From Azolla caroliniana (taxonomy: Eukaryota > Plantae > Polypodiophyta), in contig JBHGNT010000016.1 of assembly GCA_043228905.1 (NCBI GenBank), positions 11,656,001-11,720,000 on the forward strand: a stretch of DNA of 64,000 nucleotides. Direction: 5' to 3'. The first letter of the stretch is position 1; each line of letters starts with the position of its first letter. The notes below the pieces were generated by a model, which saw nothing but the letters and a program-made list of their open reading frames with translations, ran no database searches and was not told the origin of the DNA. A program made the position numbers and the translations under genes. This document shows, one piece after another, positions 1-12,393 of the stretch.

Positions 1-976
1 TTGCGAAGAATGCGGCCTATCACTCCCGGACGAAGCACATCCAGCGTAGATACCACTGGATCCGGGAAAGGATAGAAGACAAGGAGTTCGTGGTGACGAA
101 GATCCACACGGACGAGAACGGGTCGGATATGCTGACTAAGGTACTTACACCCGACAAGCTGGAAGCATGCCGGAAGAGGATCGGATTGGAGAGACATCCC
201 ATGCCGAAGTGAAGGGGGAGTTTGTTGGGATTTCGGTCCCTCCGGATGGGATGTCCGGAGATGAATGACGGCAAGCCCGGTTGCGGTTACGGAACCGGAT
301 GATGAAGACCCCGGCTACGGAGCCGGATGACGAAGACCCCGGTTACGGAGCCGGATGACGAAGACCCGGCTACGGAGCCGAATGACGAAGACCCCGGTTA
401 CGGAGCCGGATGACGAAGACCCGGTTACGGAGCCGGATGACGAAGACCCGGCTACGGAGCCGGATGACGAAGACCCGGCTACGGAGCCGGATGATGTATG
501 TACCCGGAGAGAGATCCGGATGCGGGGACATATTTGTGAATATGTTTGCCAAGAGCCCTTGAGGCTATATTTGTAAATAGCCCGAAAGTCATATGTGTAT
601 AAATATGACTTAGGGCAAACTGTTTGTATGCTGCTGAAAAGTTGCTACTCAATTTTTGTTTTTCCACTTAGAGAGAGTGAAGAGAGCAGCCGAGAGAGAG
701 AGAGACGAAGAGGTCGTTGCCTCTGTGTATTACCGCCGCCTGTGGCGAAGACAGTGAGCTCAAGGTTGTTGCCTTGAAGCTTCACCATTGTACATCTCTG
801 TTCATAGTGATAGTTGGAGTTTGAGGACTCCCGTGGTTTTTCCCGTATAGGGTTTTCCACGTTAATCCCTGTGTCATCGTGTCTTTCTCTGTGTTTCCTA
901 TTTTCTGCTGCATTGATTCGCGATTACTCGGTTGTGGCCGAGTGGCGAAGCCGAATCGGAGCGTTGATTCGCAACA
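1..976 (+). mobile_element. 3' end of Ty1/copia element A (RNase H C-terminus, PPT, 3' LTR 223-976), inserted in gypsy W
   Basis: Reads AKNAAYHSRTKHIQRRYHWIRE...MLTK...HPMPK* (stop 210-212). PPT GAAGGGGGAG at 211-220. LTR TGTTG(223)...CAACA(976). Closely similar to the 3' end of element B. Confidence 0.93.
289..495 (+). repeat. 27/28-bp tandem repeat (~7.5 units) in U3 of copia A LTR
   Basis: Unit ACGGAGCCGGATGACGAAGACC(C)CGG(C/T)T starting at 289, 317, 345, 372, 400, 427, 454 and 481. Confidence 0.95.
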
Positions 977-1687
977 TACGCCAACTTCTTCGCCCTCCAA
1001 AACCATGCCGTCCTCGTCGTCCAACCGTGCTCTAGAAAGCATGTCGGCCATGGCGTTGTCTTTACCAGAGATGTGCCATATCTCCGGGTTCAGATACTTA
1101 ATGTGCGCGATCCGCTTGAGCATTGCCAGGTCTGGCGTCACGCATCCGAAAACCATACCAAGGATTGGTAGGCAGTTTGTCTTGATTATCACCTCCGTCC
1201 CGATCAAGTAGTCTTTATCAGCCTTGACTGCCGAAACGATACCCTAGAGTTTGTGTTTAACTTGGGCGTATCCTTGTTGTCGCTCACTCAACACCTTCGC
1301 TCCGAACCAGATGGGGAACCTCGTGCCGGTTTCGTCCTCCTGATTGACCACCCATCCTATCTCGGTCGGGCTCGTGTCTACCGTAATGTAAATTGGGACG
1401 TCTTTGCTGTAAACCGCTTTCCGGAGTGCCGATGCCGCGGTTAGCGCCTCCTTCAGTCTACGAACCGACTTTGCATGCTCCTCGCCCCACTCAAATTTAT
1501 GCCCCTTCTTCGGCAACCCGTAGAGTGGCTCCGCGACATGCGCATAATGCGGAATCCAGATATGGTAGAACACGTACGCCCCCAGGAACCTCCACACCGC
1601 CGTAACCGGCCTGTTGGGAGACAGGTCCCTCTGGATGGGAAGAGAAAAGAATAGTGCTGATGAACAAACTCGGCCGAGGCCGAAACT

Positions 1688-1845
1688 GGATGAGGAGTAC
1701 CCGGCTATGGAGAGCCGGATGATGCAGACCCGGTGAAGACCGGATGAGGAGTACCCGGCTACAGAGAGCCGGATGATGCAGACCCGGTGAGGACCGGATG
1801 AGGAGTACCCGGCTACGGAGAGCTGGATGGCGCAGACCCGGTGAG
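1688..1845 (+). repeat. 54-bp tandem repeat x3 in copia B 5' LTR
   Basis: GGATGAGGAGTACCCGGCTACGGAGAGCCGGATGATGCAGACCCGGTGAAGACC starting at 1688, 1742 and 1796. Confidence 0.95.
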
Positions 1846-2348
1846 GAATGCTCTCCGGATGAAGAGACATATTCGTAAATATGTTTCTGAAGAGCCCACC
1901 GTGGCTATATTTGTAAATAGCCGAAAAGTCATATTAGTATAAATATGACTTAGGGCAAACTTTTAGTTGTTGTTGTCATTTTGTTGGTGCAAGAAGAAGA
2001 GAGAGCACGTAACAGTGTACAGAGAGAGAGAGAGAAAGAGGTCGTTGCCTCTGTTGTAACCGCCGCCTGTGGCGAAGATCTGTGAGCACGAGGTCGGTGA
2101 CTCAGTGAACTCATTGTTGTATATTCTTACATAGTGACAGTTTGCAGCCTGTGGGCTGCCGTGGTTTTTCCCCTAGTTTGGGGTTTTCCACGTAAACCTC
2201 CTGTGTATCTTCCTCTTCTTCTTCTCGTGTTTTACTTCCCGTTTTTCTTTTTTTTTGTGTATCATTCTAAGCTCGGTTGTGGCCGAGTGTCGCGCATAAG
2301 GAATGACCAGTTCCCATCAAGTGGTATCAGAGCGAAACGACACAGAAA

Positions 2349-5300
2349 ATGGACGAATCGTTTGGCGGCATGTTCAAGCTCACCGGCTCCAATTATTCAG
2401 TGTGGAAGTCGAAGATGAGGGACATGCTCGTGGTTAAAGACCCCTGGCTGCCGGTTCAGTTCGGGGACAAGAGACAGGACAAAATCGACGCCGCGATATG
2501 GGAGGTGATGCACATGAAGACAACGGCGTACATACGGTGCTTCATCGACATGAGCCTGTACAACAACTTCAATGAAGAGAGCAAGGCTCATGAGCTCTGG
2601 GAGTAGATCGGCATTATGTTTCAAAACAAAAATGTTGTCCATCAGGTTTCGGTATTCCGGAAGCTAGTAAGACTCCGGTACCAAGATGGCTTCAGCATGG
2701 CGGAGCACATGAATGCCTTCCAGGGGATGATACACCAGGCAACTTCATTGGAAGTACCTCTCGCCGATGAGGTACTAGCGCTACTCTTGCTCGGTTCCCT
2801 CCCGGATAGCTGGGAGACGTTGGTTGTCACTTTGGGCAACGCCGGGCCGGAAGGAAAAAGGTTATCCCTAGCAAGAGTGAAGTCGAGCCTGCTAAATGAG
2901 GAGGCGCGCCGGAAAGATAAGGACACGAGCTCCGACTCCAAAGCACTCCTTATCGAATCGGAACGCGGAAGACAAAGAAACCGTAGTCCCCAGAACCGGG
3001 AGAAGTCGGGGACACGGTCAAAGTCAAGGGGGAGGCCTACTTGCTTCTATTGCGGCAAGCCGGGACACTTCCAAAAGAACTGTCGGCATTTCCCAAAAGA
3101 TAAGGAGACCGACGGTACCGATTCGAAGCGGACCCCGGACCGGAACGGTAAAGACCGGAGGGGGTCGGACCAAAAGGGGACGACGGCAATCGCAGCAAGT
3201 GAAGAAGAGTTGATGCTCATCACCGAGGAGAGTGAGATAAACTTTGCCGGCGACGAGATGGCCTGGGTGGTAGACTCCGGAGCGTCGTTCCACCTTACCC
3301 CGGACCGGAAATGCTTCTCATCCTACTCAGTCGGTGATCACGGCTGTGTCCGGATGGGGAATGAAGGTACATGCCGAATTGTCGGCATAGGAGACGTGTG
3401 GCTGTCGACACCAACTGGATGCAAGTTGCTGCTGAGAGATGTCTGACACGTTCCGGAGGTTCGACTGAACCTGATATTAGCCGGTCGGCTAGATGATGAG
3501 GGCTACACGGGTAGCATCCAGAACGGTGTCATGAAGTTCAGCAAAGGGAGCCTGATTGTGGCTCGGGCCCGGAAGGTAAACACGCTATACCTGATGAATG
3601 CCCGGTTATGCCCGAAAGAAGTGAACGTGGCATCCAACACTGCCGGTGAGTTGTGGCACAAGAGGCTGTGTCATATGAGCAAGAAGGGGATGAAGAGGCT
3701 TGCAGACGACAACCTCATTCCAGTGAAGAACGTGCACTTAGAGAAGTGCACTGATTGTCTGGCCGGTAAGCAGAACCGGACCTCCTTCCGACCAAGGCCA
3801 CCGATGAGACGTAATGCACCACTGGAGTTGGTGCATACGGATGTGTGTCAAGTAGACACGAAGTCACATGCCGGAGTGCAGTACTTCGTGACGTTCATAG
3901 ATGACCACAGCTGGAAGCTGTGGGCCACAACGTTGAAGACGAAGGATCAGGTGTTATTCGTCTTCAAAGAGCTCCACACGAGAGTGGAAAGAGAAACCGG
4001 CTGGAAGCTGAAGGCGGTTCGAGCAGATAATGGAGGAGAGTACCAGGGGCAGTTCGAGGAGTACTGCCGCTCGAAGGGAATCCGGCTCCAATTTACTGTG
4101 CCGAAGACGCCGGAACTCAACGGACTGTCCGAGAGGATGAACTGGACCATAATGGAGAGGGTCCGGAGTATGCTAGCGCATGCAAAACTACCCAAGAAGT
4201 TTTGGGCTGAGGCACTGTCGACGGCGACATATGTGATAAATAGATCACCCTCTGTACCCTTGGACGGAGACACGCCACAGAGAGTGTGGACCGGTAAGGA
4301 AGTATCCTATCGGCATCTGAAGGTGTTCGGGTGTCTCGCGTACGTGCATGTAGCTAAGGACCGGAGAGGAAAGTTAGATCCAAAGACCCGGCTATGCATA
4401 TTCCTCGGTTACGGTGATGATGAGTTCGGCTACCGAGTGTGGGACCCGGTCGATAAGAAGGTATTCCGGAGTCGAGACATTATCTTCATGGAGAACAAGA
4501 CGCTCGCCGACTGGGAGTCGGAGAAGAAGATAATGAACTCCGAGTCGACCGGTAAGGATCGACTCTACGATGAGCAGACCCAACCGGCAAGAGACTGGTT
4601 AGCACTTGAGGGACCAGCCGGTTACGGTGAGGATACCGAACAGGCTGAAGAAGAAGTAGAGGAAGCTGAAACCGGAACCAGCCAAGACCCTGAATCGGAT
4701 TCGGATGAAGAGCAGATGGATGCGCCGGTCACCGAAGCCTAGAGAAGGAGATATCCTCTCAGAGAGAGAAGGGCCCCCCGGAGATTTCCGGATGCAGAGC
4801 ATGTTCTGCTGACAGATGAGGGGGAGCCGGAAAGCTTCGAAGAAGCGAAGGAAGACACCCATAGCTGAAAATAGTTAAGTGCCATGCAGGATGAGATGGA
4901 TTCCCTGCATGAGAACTATACGTACGAATTGGTGGAGTTGCCGAAAGGAAAGCGGGCATTCCGAAACAAGTGGGTGTACAAGTTGAAACCGGGTGATGCC
5001 GGCAACCCCCCGAGATACAAAGCCAAGATCGTGGTGAAGGGGTTCCAGTAGAAGAAGGGCGTGGACTTCGACGAGATATTTGCCCCGGTAGTAAAGACGA
5101 CCTCCATCCGGACGGTGCTGAGTATAGCAGCAAGCATGGACCTCGAGGTAGAGCAATTGGACATGAAGACGACATTCCTTCACGGAGACCTCGAAGAGGA
5201 GATCTACATGCAACAACCGGAAGGATTCGTGGAGAAAGGGAAGGAGCACCTGGTATGCCGGTTGAAGAAGAGCCTATACAGACTGAAGCAGGCTCCCCGA

Positions 5301-6372
5301 CAATGGTACCGGAAGTTCGACTCCTTCATGACCGATCATGGGTACCACAAGATGCAGGCCGATCACTGTGTGTTTGTGAAGAAGTTCGAAGGAGGCAACT
5401 TCCTGATACTCCTTCTGTACGTGGATGACATGTTGATCATCGGACGTGACCAAGTCAAAATACGGATGCTAAAGAAGGCTCTCAACCAGACCTTCTCAAT
5501 GAAAGACTTGGGTCCAGCAAGACAGATGTTGGGGATGCGAAGTAATTATGGCTGTCACAGGAGAAGTATGTGACAAAGGTGCTTCACCGGTTCAACATGT
5601 CAGAAGCGAAACCGGTCGGATCGACACTTCCGGCAAACTGCAGGCTATCCAGCAAGCAAAGCCTGAAGACGAAAGCAGAGAAGGCAGATATGATGAAGAT
5701 TCCATATGCCTCTGCCGTCAGGAGCTTGATGTATGCAATGGTTTGTACTCGACCGGATATAGTATACGCAGTCGGAGTGGTGAGCCGGTTCATGAGTAAT
5801 CCCGGCAAGGAGCACTGGAACGCGGTCAAATGGATACTCCGGTATTTGAAGGGCACTTCAAATATGTGTTTCTAATTCGGTTCCGGAAAACCTCAACTGG
5901 ACGGTTTCACCGATTTGGACATGTCCGCTGATGTGGATACCAGTCGGTCTACATCCGAGTATGTAATGACATATGCAGGGGGAGCTGTTTCGTGGCAGTC
6001 GAGGTTGCAGAAGACAGTTGCATTGTCAACCACGAGGCGGAGTACATGGCAGTTGTGGAAGCCGGCAAGGAAATCCTATGGATGAAGGACTTCATCGGAG
6101 AGCTCGGTATCCGGCAAGATGAATACTGGCTCTATTGCGACAGTCAAAGCGCCATCCATCTTGCTAAGAATGCGGCCTACCATTCCCGGACGAAGCATAT
6201 CCAGCGTAGATATCACTGGATCCGGGAAAGAGTAGATGACCAGGAGTTCGCACTGACGAAGATCCACATGACCGAGAATGGGTTAGACATGCTGACTAAA
6301 GTTCTGATACCCAACAAGCTGGATGCATGCCGGAAGCGGATCGGACTGGTAAGACACCCCATGCCAGAGTGA
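2349..6372 (+). pseudogene. Copia B gag-pol polyprotein (gag, CCHC knuckle, protease, integrase, RT, RNase H), disrupted
   Basis: CFYCGKPGHFQKNC; WVVDSGASFH; LWHKRLCHMS; LELVHTDVC; DNGGEY; LLLYVDDMLI; RTKHIQRRYHWIRE. Stops at 2606, 3446, 4742 and others, plus frameshifts near 5540 and 6030. Confidence 0.95.
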
Positions 6373-6458
6373 AGGGGGAGTTTGTTGGGAGACAGGTCCC
6401 TCCAGATGGGAAGAGAAAAGAACAGTGCTGATGAACAAACTCGGCCGAGGCCGAAATT

Positions 6459-6670
6459 GGATGAGGAGTACCCGGCTACGGAGAGCCGGATGATGCAGAC
6501 CCGGTGAAGACCGGATGACGAGTACCCGGCTACGGAGAGCCGGATGATGCAGACCCGGTGAAGACCGGATGAGGAGTACCCGGCTACGGAGAGCCGGATG
6601 ATGCAGACCCGGTGAGGACCGGATGAGGAGTACCCGGCTACGGAGAGCCGGATGGCGCAGACCCGGTGAG
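6459..6670 (+). repeat. 54-bp tandem repeat x4 in copia B 3' LTR
   Basis: Same unit starting at 6459, 6513, 6567 and 6621. Confidence 0.95.
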
Positions 6671-7648
6671 GAATGCTCTCCGGATGAAGAGACATATTCG
6701 TAAATATGTTTCTGAAGAGCCCACCGTGGCTATATTTGTAAATAGCCGAAAAGTCATATTAGTATAAATATGACTTAGGGCAAACTTTTAGTTGTTGTTG
6801 TCATTTTGTTGGTGCAAGAAGAAGAGAGAGCACGTAACAGTGTACAGAGAGAGAGAGAGAGAAAGAGGTCGTTGCCTCTGTTGTAACCGCCGCCTGTGGC
6901 GAAGATCTGTGAGCACGAGGTCAGTGCCTCAGTGAACTCATTGTTGTATATTCTTACATAGTGACAGTTTGCAGCCTGTGGGCTGCCGTGGTTTTTCCCC
7001 TAGTTTGGGGTTTTCCACGTAAACCTCCTGTGTATCTTCCTCTTCTTCTTGTCGTGTTTTACTTCCCGTAGAACGCCCCCCCCACCAACCTTGAGCTTCC
7101 GTAGTGTTATGTCAGTGAACCGGTGTCCTATGCCGGCCGAGTTCCGTAAACTTGGTTCCGACGTGACCCCTTTTTTCCGCTCCCCGTTGCCCTCCAGCAA
7201 GGGAGCCACAACTGGCATTGTCATGAACAATACTGAGACAGAGAAGGAATTAGTACTAAACGAAGGATTAGTACTATGAGAGGTGTGGAACTTCTTCGAG
7301 AGAAGGAAGAAGTGAGCGAGATAGAGAGATTGAGAGAGATTGAGAGAGAGAGAGAGAGTGATGATAAGAAAGATATGTATTATATGAAGAGAATATACAA
7401 TGGTGGCTAAAAGGCTTAAGACTGGCGTTGAACCAATTTGGTTCAACATAATGCCTAGTGCCCTCTTTTATAGTGTTTTCAGGAGTAATCCTAAAGCTTC
7501 TAGAATGTTCCAGAGAAATCTGGAATATACACTAATTTCCTATAATAAAATGTAAATGAAAATAATATCCTACGTATTACAATAGATGATCTAATGGTCA
7601 AGAGCTCGACCCATATAACCTAAGGTCATGGGTTCGAGTTTTGCCATA

Positions 7649-10600
7649 TCATGACACTATCCCCCCTTTAAAACGACGAGTGTCACGAGTCGTCTTGGAT
7701 TGAGGACTTGGTTTGTGTGGATATTGACGATGGAAGTCTTCAAGAAGAGCACCAGCATTGGTCACATTCTCGATCGGTTCCCAAGTACGTTCACTGGGGC
7801 TATAGCTTAGCGAATCGACTAGATAGTAGAGCTTGCTGCGAACAATCTTGGAATCAAGGATGGTGGCAACCTCGTACTCCGGCCCATCTTCAAGCTCGAT
7901 TGGGGGTGGAGGTTGGATAAGACGTCTTGGGATGGTGCTCTCATGGTAGGGTTCGAGGAGAGAACTATGAAACACCGGATGTATCCGAAGTTGAGGAGGT
8001 AGATCGAGACGAAAAGTGACATCATTAATCTGTCCAATAATACAGAAAGGACCTAATCGCCGATAATCTAATTTCTCACATGGATGAGTAGTCTTGATGT
8101 GTCGTCGTAGCAGCCACACCCGATCTCCAATATTAAAACTGGATGGAAGTCGATGACGATCCGCGTAGACCTTGTGTGTTTGTTGAGCTTGCTGGAGATG
8201 AGTAGATAAATCCACTTGTATCTTGCGTAACTGCTCCAAATGATCCTCTGCACACGGATTTGTGGACACCTCTGGGGTTTCAAGTACACCCCATTGGGGG
8301 TGACATCCCGTATAAGCATAAAATGGCGTAACTTTAGTGGATGCGTGGATAGAGTTGTTATAGGCAAATTCGGCGAAGTGGAGAATATCTGCCTAGTCAT
8401 CTTGATGATAGCTGAGAAAGCACCGCAGATACTGCTCCAACGTTTGATTTGTTCGTTCAACTTGGCCGTCAGTTTGTGGGTGGTAGCCGGAGGAGAGGTT
8501 ACAAGTGACCTTGAGCATGTTAAAAAGGTGCTTCCAGAATTTTGACACGAACTGGGGTCCACGGTCGCTGATGATACTATCGGGAAGTCCATGATGCCGA
8601 CATACTTCACGCATGACAATTTCGGCAGTGTCTTCACTGGAGATCTCCTTAGTACATGGCAAGAAATGACCCATCTTCGTATATCAATCGACCACCGTTA
8701 GAATCGCATTGAACCCCTTAGAGACTGGAAGATCTGTGATGAAGTCTAGAGCAATGGATTACCACGGCTTGCTTGGAATTGGTAATGGTTCTAATAAACC
8801 ATATGGATGATGCCTTGGCATTTTCGATCTGCAACATGTATCACAAGTCCGAACAAAATCCTCGACAAATTGTCGCATACAGGGCCACCAGAATGTTCGT
8901 TGTACTAAATGTAATGTTTTAGTACTACCAAAATGCCCAACTGTATATGTGTCATGACAGTTTTGTACTACTCGAAGGCGGCAAGAACCATTAGGAACAT
9001 ACAAAAGTTCTTTAAAGAAGAGTAATCCATCATGGTATTTGAATTGCCGATAGTCCGTACCTGGTGGTTGCGATTGTGAACACGACGCTCGAGAGAGATC
9101 AATTTGTGCTAGTATAGCTTGGGCAAACGCATCTGTCTTCAAGTCTTCACGTATGGTATTGATAACGCGGGAATCCATACGCATGTCAAAGATCTGTGTT
9201 GCTTGTAGTCGTGCCGGTCCCAAGATGACTTGTTTCTGGTTATTGAAAGCTGGCTCGCCGGGACGGGGTGCTAGATACGAACGTCGTGATAATGCATCTC
9301 CCTTCCCTTGGTGCCTCCCCGGATGATATGTAATTTTGAAGTCGAAACGCGTGAGGAAGTGGGCCCACCGAGCTTGACGTTGATTCAACACACGAGCATC
9401 CTGAAAGTAGGCAAGATTCTTGTGGTCACTAAATACGGTGACTGGATGAGAGGATCCCTCCAAAAAATGCCTCCATTGCATAAAAGATTCCACTATTGCC
9501 AATAGCTCCTTATCATGAATTTCGTAGTTGATTTCGGCGGCGTCAAACTTGCGTGAGTGAAAAGCCACAGGATGTAGCTTCTCATCATTCCCCTGTTGTG
9601 ACAGAATGATCCCCAATGCAAAATCCGATGCATCAGCTTCGATAATGAATGGTTTTTCCGGATCGACATGAGCTAGAATTGGAGCCGATGTAAATGCCTT
9701 TTTAAGACTCTCGAAAGCCATGTCCGTTTCTTCAGACCAGATGAACGGTTGTCCCTTCCTGGTAAGTTGTGTGAGAGGTAGAACGATCTTTGAGTAATCT
9801 TGTATGAACTTCCGGTAAAAATTGGCAAAGCCTAAGAAGCATTGCACATCCCGCACCGAACGCGGAGCCTGCCATTCTACCACCGTTTTGACCTTAGCTG
9901 GGTCCATGGAGATGCCTTCTGACGAAATGATGTAGCCGAGAAATTCCACTTGGTTGCACCCGAAACTACATTTTTCCAGCTTTGCATACAGACCATGTTC
10001 TCGAAATCGTTTTAGTACTAATAGTACATGAGAATCATGTTCTTCTTAGGTCTTTGAATAAACCAGTAGATCATCCAAATAGATGATCAAACAATCATCC
10101 AATAGATCTCCGAATATATCATTAGCCATGTGCTGGAAGACTGCCGACGCATTAGTGAGGCCGAACGGCATGACCTTATACCCGAAGTGCCCATATCTGG
10201 TGCGAAACGCAGTCTTCCATTCGTCTCCTGGTCGGATCCGTACGAGGTTAAATGCTCCCCGTCAGTCGATCTTCGTCAAGAACCTGGCACTATTGATCCG
10301 TTCTAAAAGACTTGAGATAAGGGGAAGAGCATACGTATTCCTGATTGTAACCTTATTCAAGCCACGGTAATCTACAACGAGACGAAGCGATCCATCTTTT
10401 TTTTTGACAAAGAAAATGGGCGCGCCGGCTGGAGATTTCGAATGCCGAATGAAACCATTTTCCAAATTCTCCTCTATATAGGCCCGAAGGACTTCCAACT
10501 CGGTTGGTGACAAATTGTAGATTGGTCCCCATGGCGACTCTTTTCCCGGTTGTAAATCGATGGGGCAATCGTACGGTCGATGATGAGGAAGTGTGTTGGC

Positions 10601-11245
10601 TTGTGCTTTATCGAACACATCGGCGTAATGACGATACTTCTCGGGAAGTTGAACGGTGGATTCTTCTTTAGTGGTGCTGGAGGGGTTTATTGATATTGCA
10701 AAGAGGAACATTTCCTCCTTGCGCCCTTCTTTACGCAACTGACATAGCGAAATGGTTGCCATCTTCTGAGTTGACCCTTGGGTTTGTCGACACCGGATTT
10801 CTCTTGTTCTCCAATCTATGTCTGGGTTATGTAACTCGAACCACGGTAATCCTAAAACTATAGGATGTTCTGGGATACTAATAATATTAAATGATATTAC
10901 ACATGCTAAGTTATCTAGGACAATATTAATGGGCTCTAACTCTTCTATGATATTTCCGGAAGCAATGGGACGTCCATCAATGACTACTACAGAGGTTGGA
11001 CACTGGAGTTTTCTTAGGGATATCTTATGAGCTTGAGCAAATTTCTTATCCATAAAGCAAGAGTTAGCTCCGGAATCTAGGAGTGCTAGGACATGTACTG
11101 GAGGGGTACTTTTAGTACTAACTATTACTTGGGCTACGAACACATCACTAACTTTCTTAGAGGGAATGGAACCACTAATGGGCTGCACAGATCTAGGGCT
11201 GTCCAACCAAACGGCTCCTATTTTGGCTGGACTTAGTCGTTTAAC
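7649..11245 (-). pseudogene. Chromovirus copy 1 pol (PR-RT-RH-INT-chromodomain), disrupted
   Basis: ALLDSGANSCF; PIFFVKKKDGSLRLVVDYRGLN; EADASDFALG; NYEIHDKELLA; IISDRGPQF; GPF; chromodomain EYEVATILDSK...YLV...TWEPIENV. Confidence 0.94.
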
Positions 11246-12393
11246 TCTTCTTCTAACGGACTAAGGACATCAAATTTGTTTGCTAGATCTAGGATATTAG
11301 TACTATTAGTACTATTAGGACTATCAGATATCCCTACTGAAATAGGCTCGGATTTAGTACAATTAGAACTAGCGACTATTTGGTTTACCTGTCTTCTTGG
11401 CCTATGGGGGCAATTTATTGCGATATGTCCTGGTCCACCGCAGTAAAGACATAGTCGATTTGTACGACGTCGCTGTTTTTCTTCTTCAGATAATGGCCCT
11501 CGACGACGTGTAGTTTATATCTCCATCGGAGTCGGAGTATTCGCTGGAAGCGCATTATATGACTCCCTCGGAAAAGGTCTTGCTACCACTGAGGCGTAGG
11601 TGGGCTCTAATCTTGCCCTCGACATCTATAGCTGTCGTTTCGAACGTCGCTCAAAGAGGTGGTTGTCACATCTCACCGCACGACTGATTGCTTCTGTTAA
11701 GGACTTTGGCTCTTCGGGGAAGGTCAATAGTAAATCCTTGACGTCGTTGCGTAAACCATAACGGAATTGCTCCATCAACGCTTGATCATCCCAAGGGATA
11801 TCAGTGGCAAGTAGGTGAAAATCTGCAGCGTATGCGGAGGCTGGACGGTCACCTTGGCGTAATCGCCGGATTTTGTTGATTGCGGTCTTGATGCTGTCAG
11901 TATCTCCGAAACATGCTTTAAACTCTCCTAGAAACTCTTCAAAATTGTTGAGTAACTGAGATTCCTTTTCTAATAGTGGAGTGAACCATGACAACGCTGA
12001 GCCACTTAACAAAGTGCCTACTAAACCCACTCGTGATGCATCGGTGGGATATCGGGAAGGATGCATTTGAATAACTAATCGTACTTGTTTAAGGAACCCT
12101 CTAAACTACGATCACGTTCCATCGAACTTCGTGGGAAGGCCAATCTTGGGTTCTTTATGAATCCCTTGTGTTCCGGGCCCTTGTTGTTGCATCGCTATGA
12201 TGGTTGCTTCGAGTTGTTGCACGCGTAACGCAAGTTCCCCATGTTGTTGTTGCGTTTGCTGCTTTTCTAAGGAGATTTGTTGAAGATCCCCCAGCAACCG
12301 TTGGTTTTCTTGTTCCAAAGCATGGAACTTCTCCTTCAAGCATTGAAATTCTGAGAAAACAGATTGATATTCTTCAGCGCTAACAGTGGCCAT
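11233..12393 (-). pseudogene. Chromovirus copy 1 gag (PEG10/sushi-type capsid, CCHC), disrupted
   Basis: KEPKIGLPTKFDGT; LLSGSALSWF; RRLRQGDRPASAYAADF; [14 protein letters not shown]. Internal stops at 12112 and 11626. Confidence 0.92.

Larger units (their letters stand above)
1612..7069 (+). mobile_element. Ty1/copia element B: 5' LTR 1612-2319, PBS Met-i 2322-2333, PPT 6371-6380, truncated 3' LTR 6383-7069
   Basis: LTR TGTTGGGA...TCCCATCA, PBS TGGTATCAGAGC, near-identical LTRs. The 3' LTR stops at ACTTCCCGT about 80 bp short, so the right TSD is lost. Confidence 0.95.

Noticed and set aside
289-495. CRISPR-like short repeat arrays (also 1688-1845, 6459-6670, 25188-25546)
   Set aside because: These are head-to-tail tandem units without unique spacers, inside LTR elements in a eukaryotic context, with no cas genes.
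355-576. Repeat peptides (EPDDEDPVT)n and RVCIIRLSVAGYSSSG ORFs (also 1244-1870, 6213-6695)
   Set aside because: They are translations of LTR repeats whose unit is a multiple of 3. Mixed 27/28-bp units break the frame.
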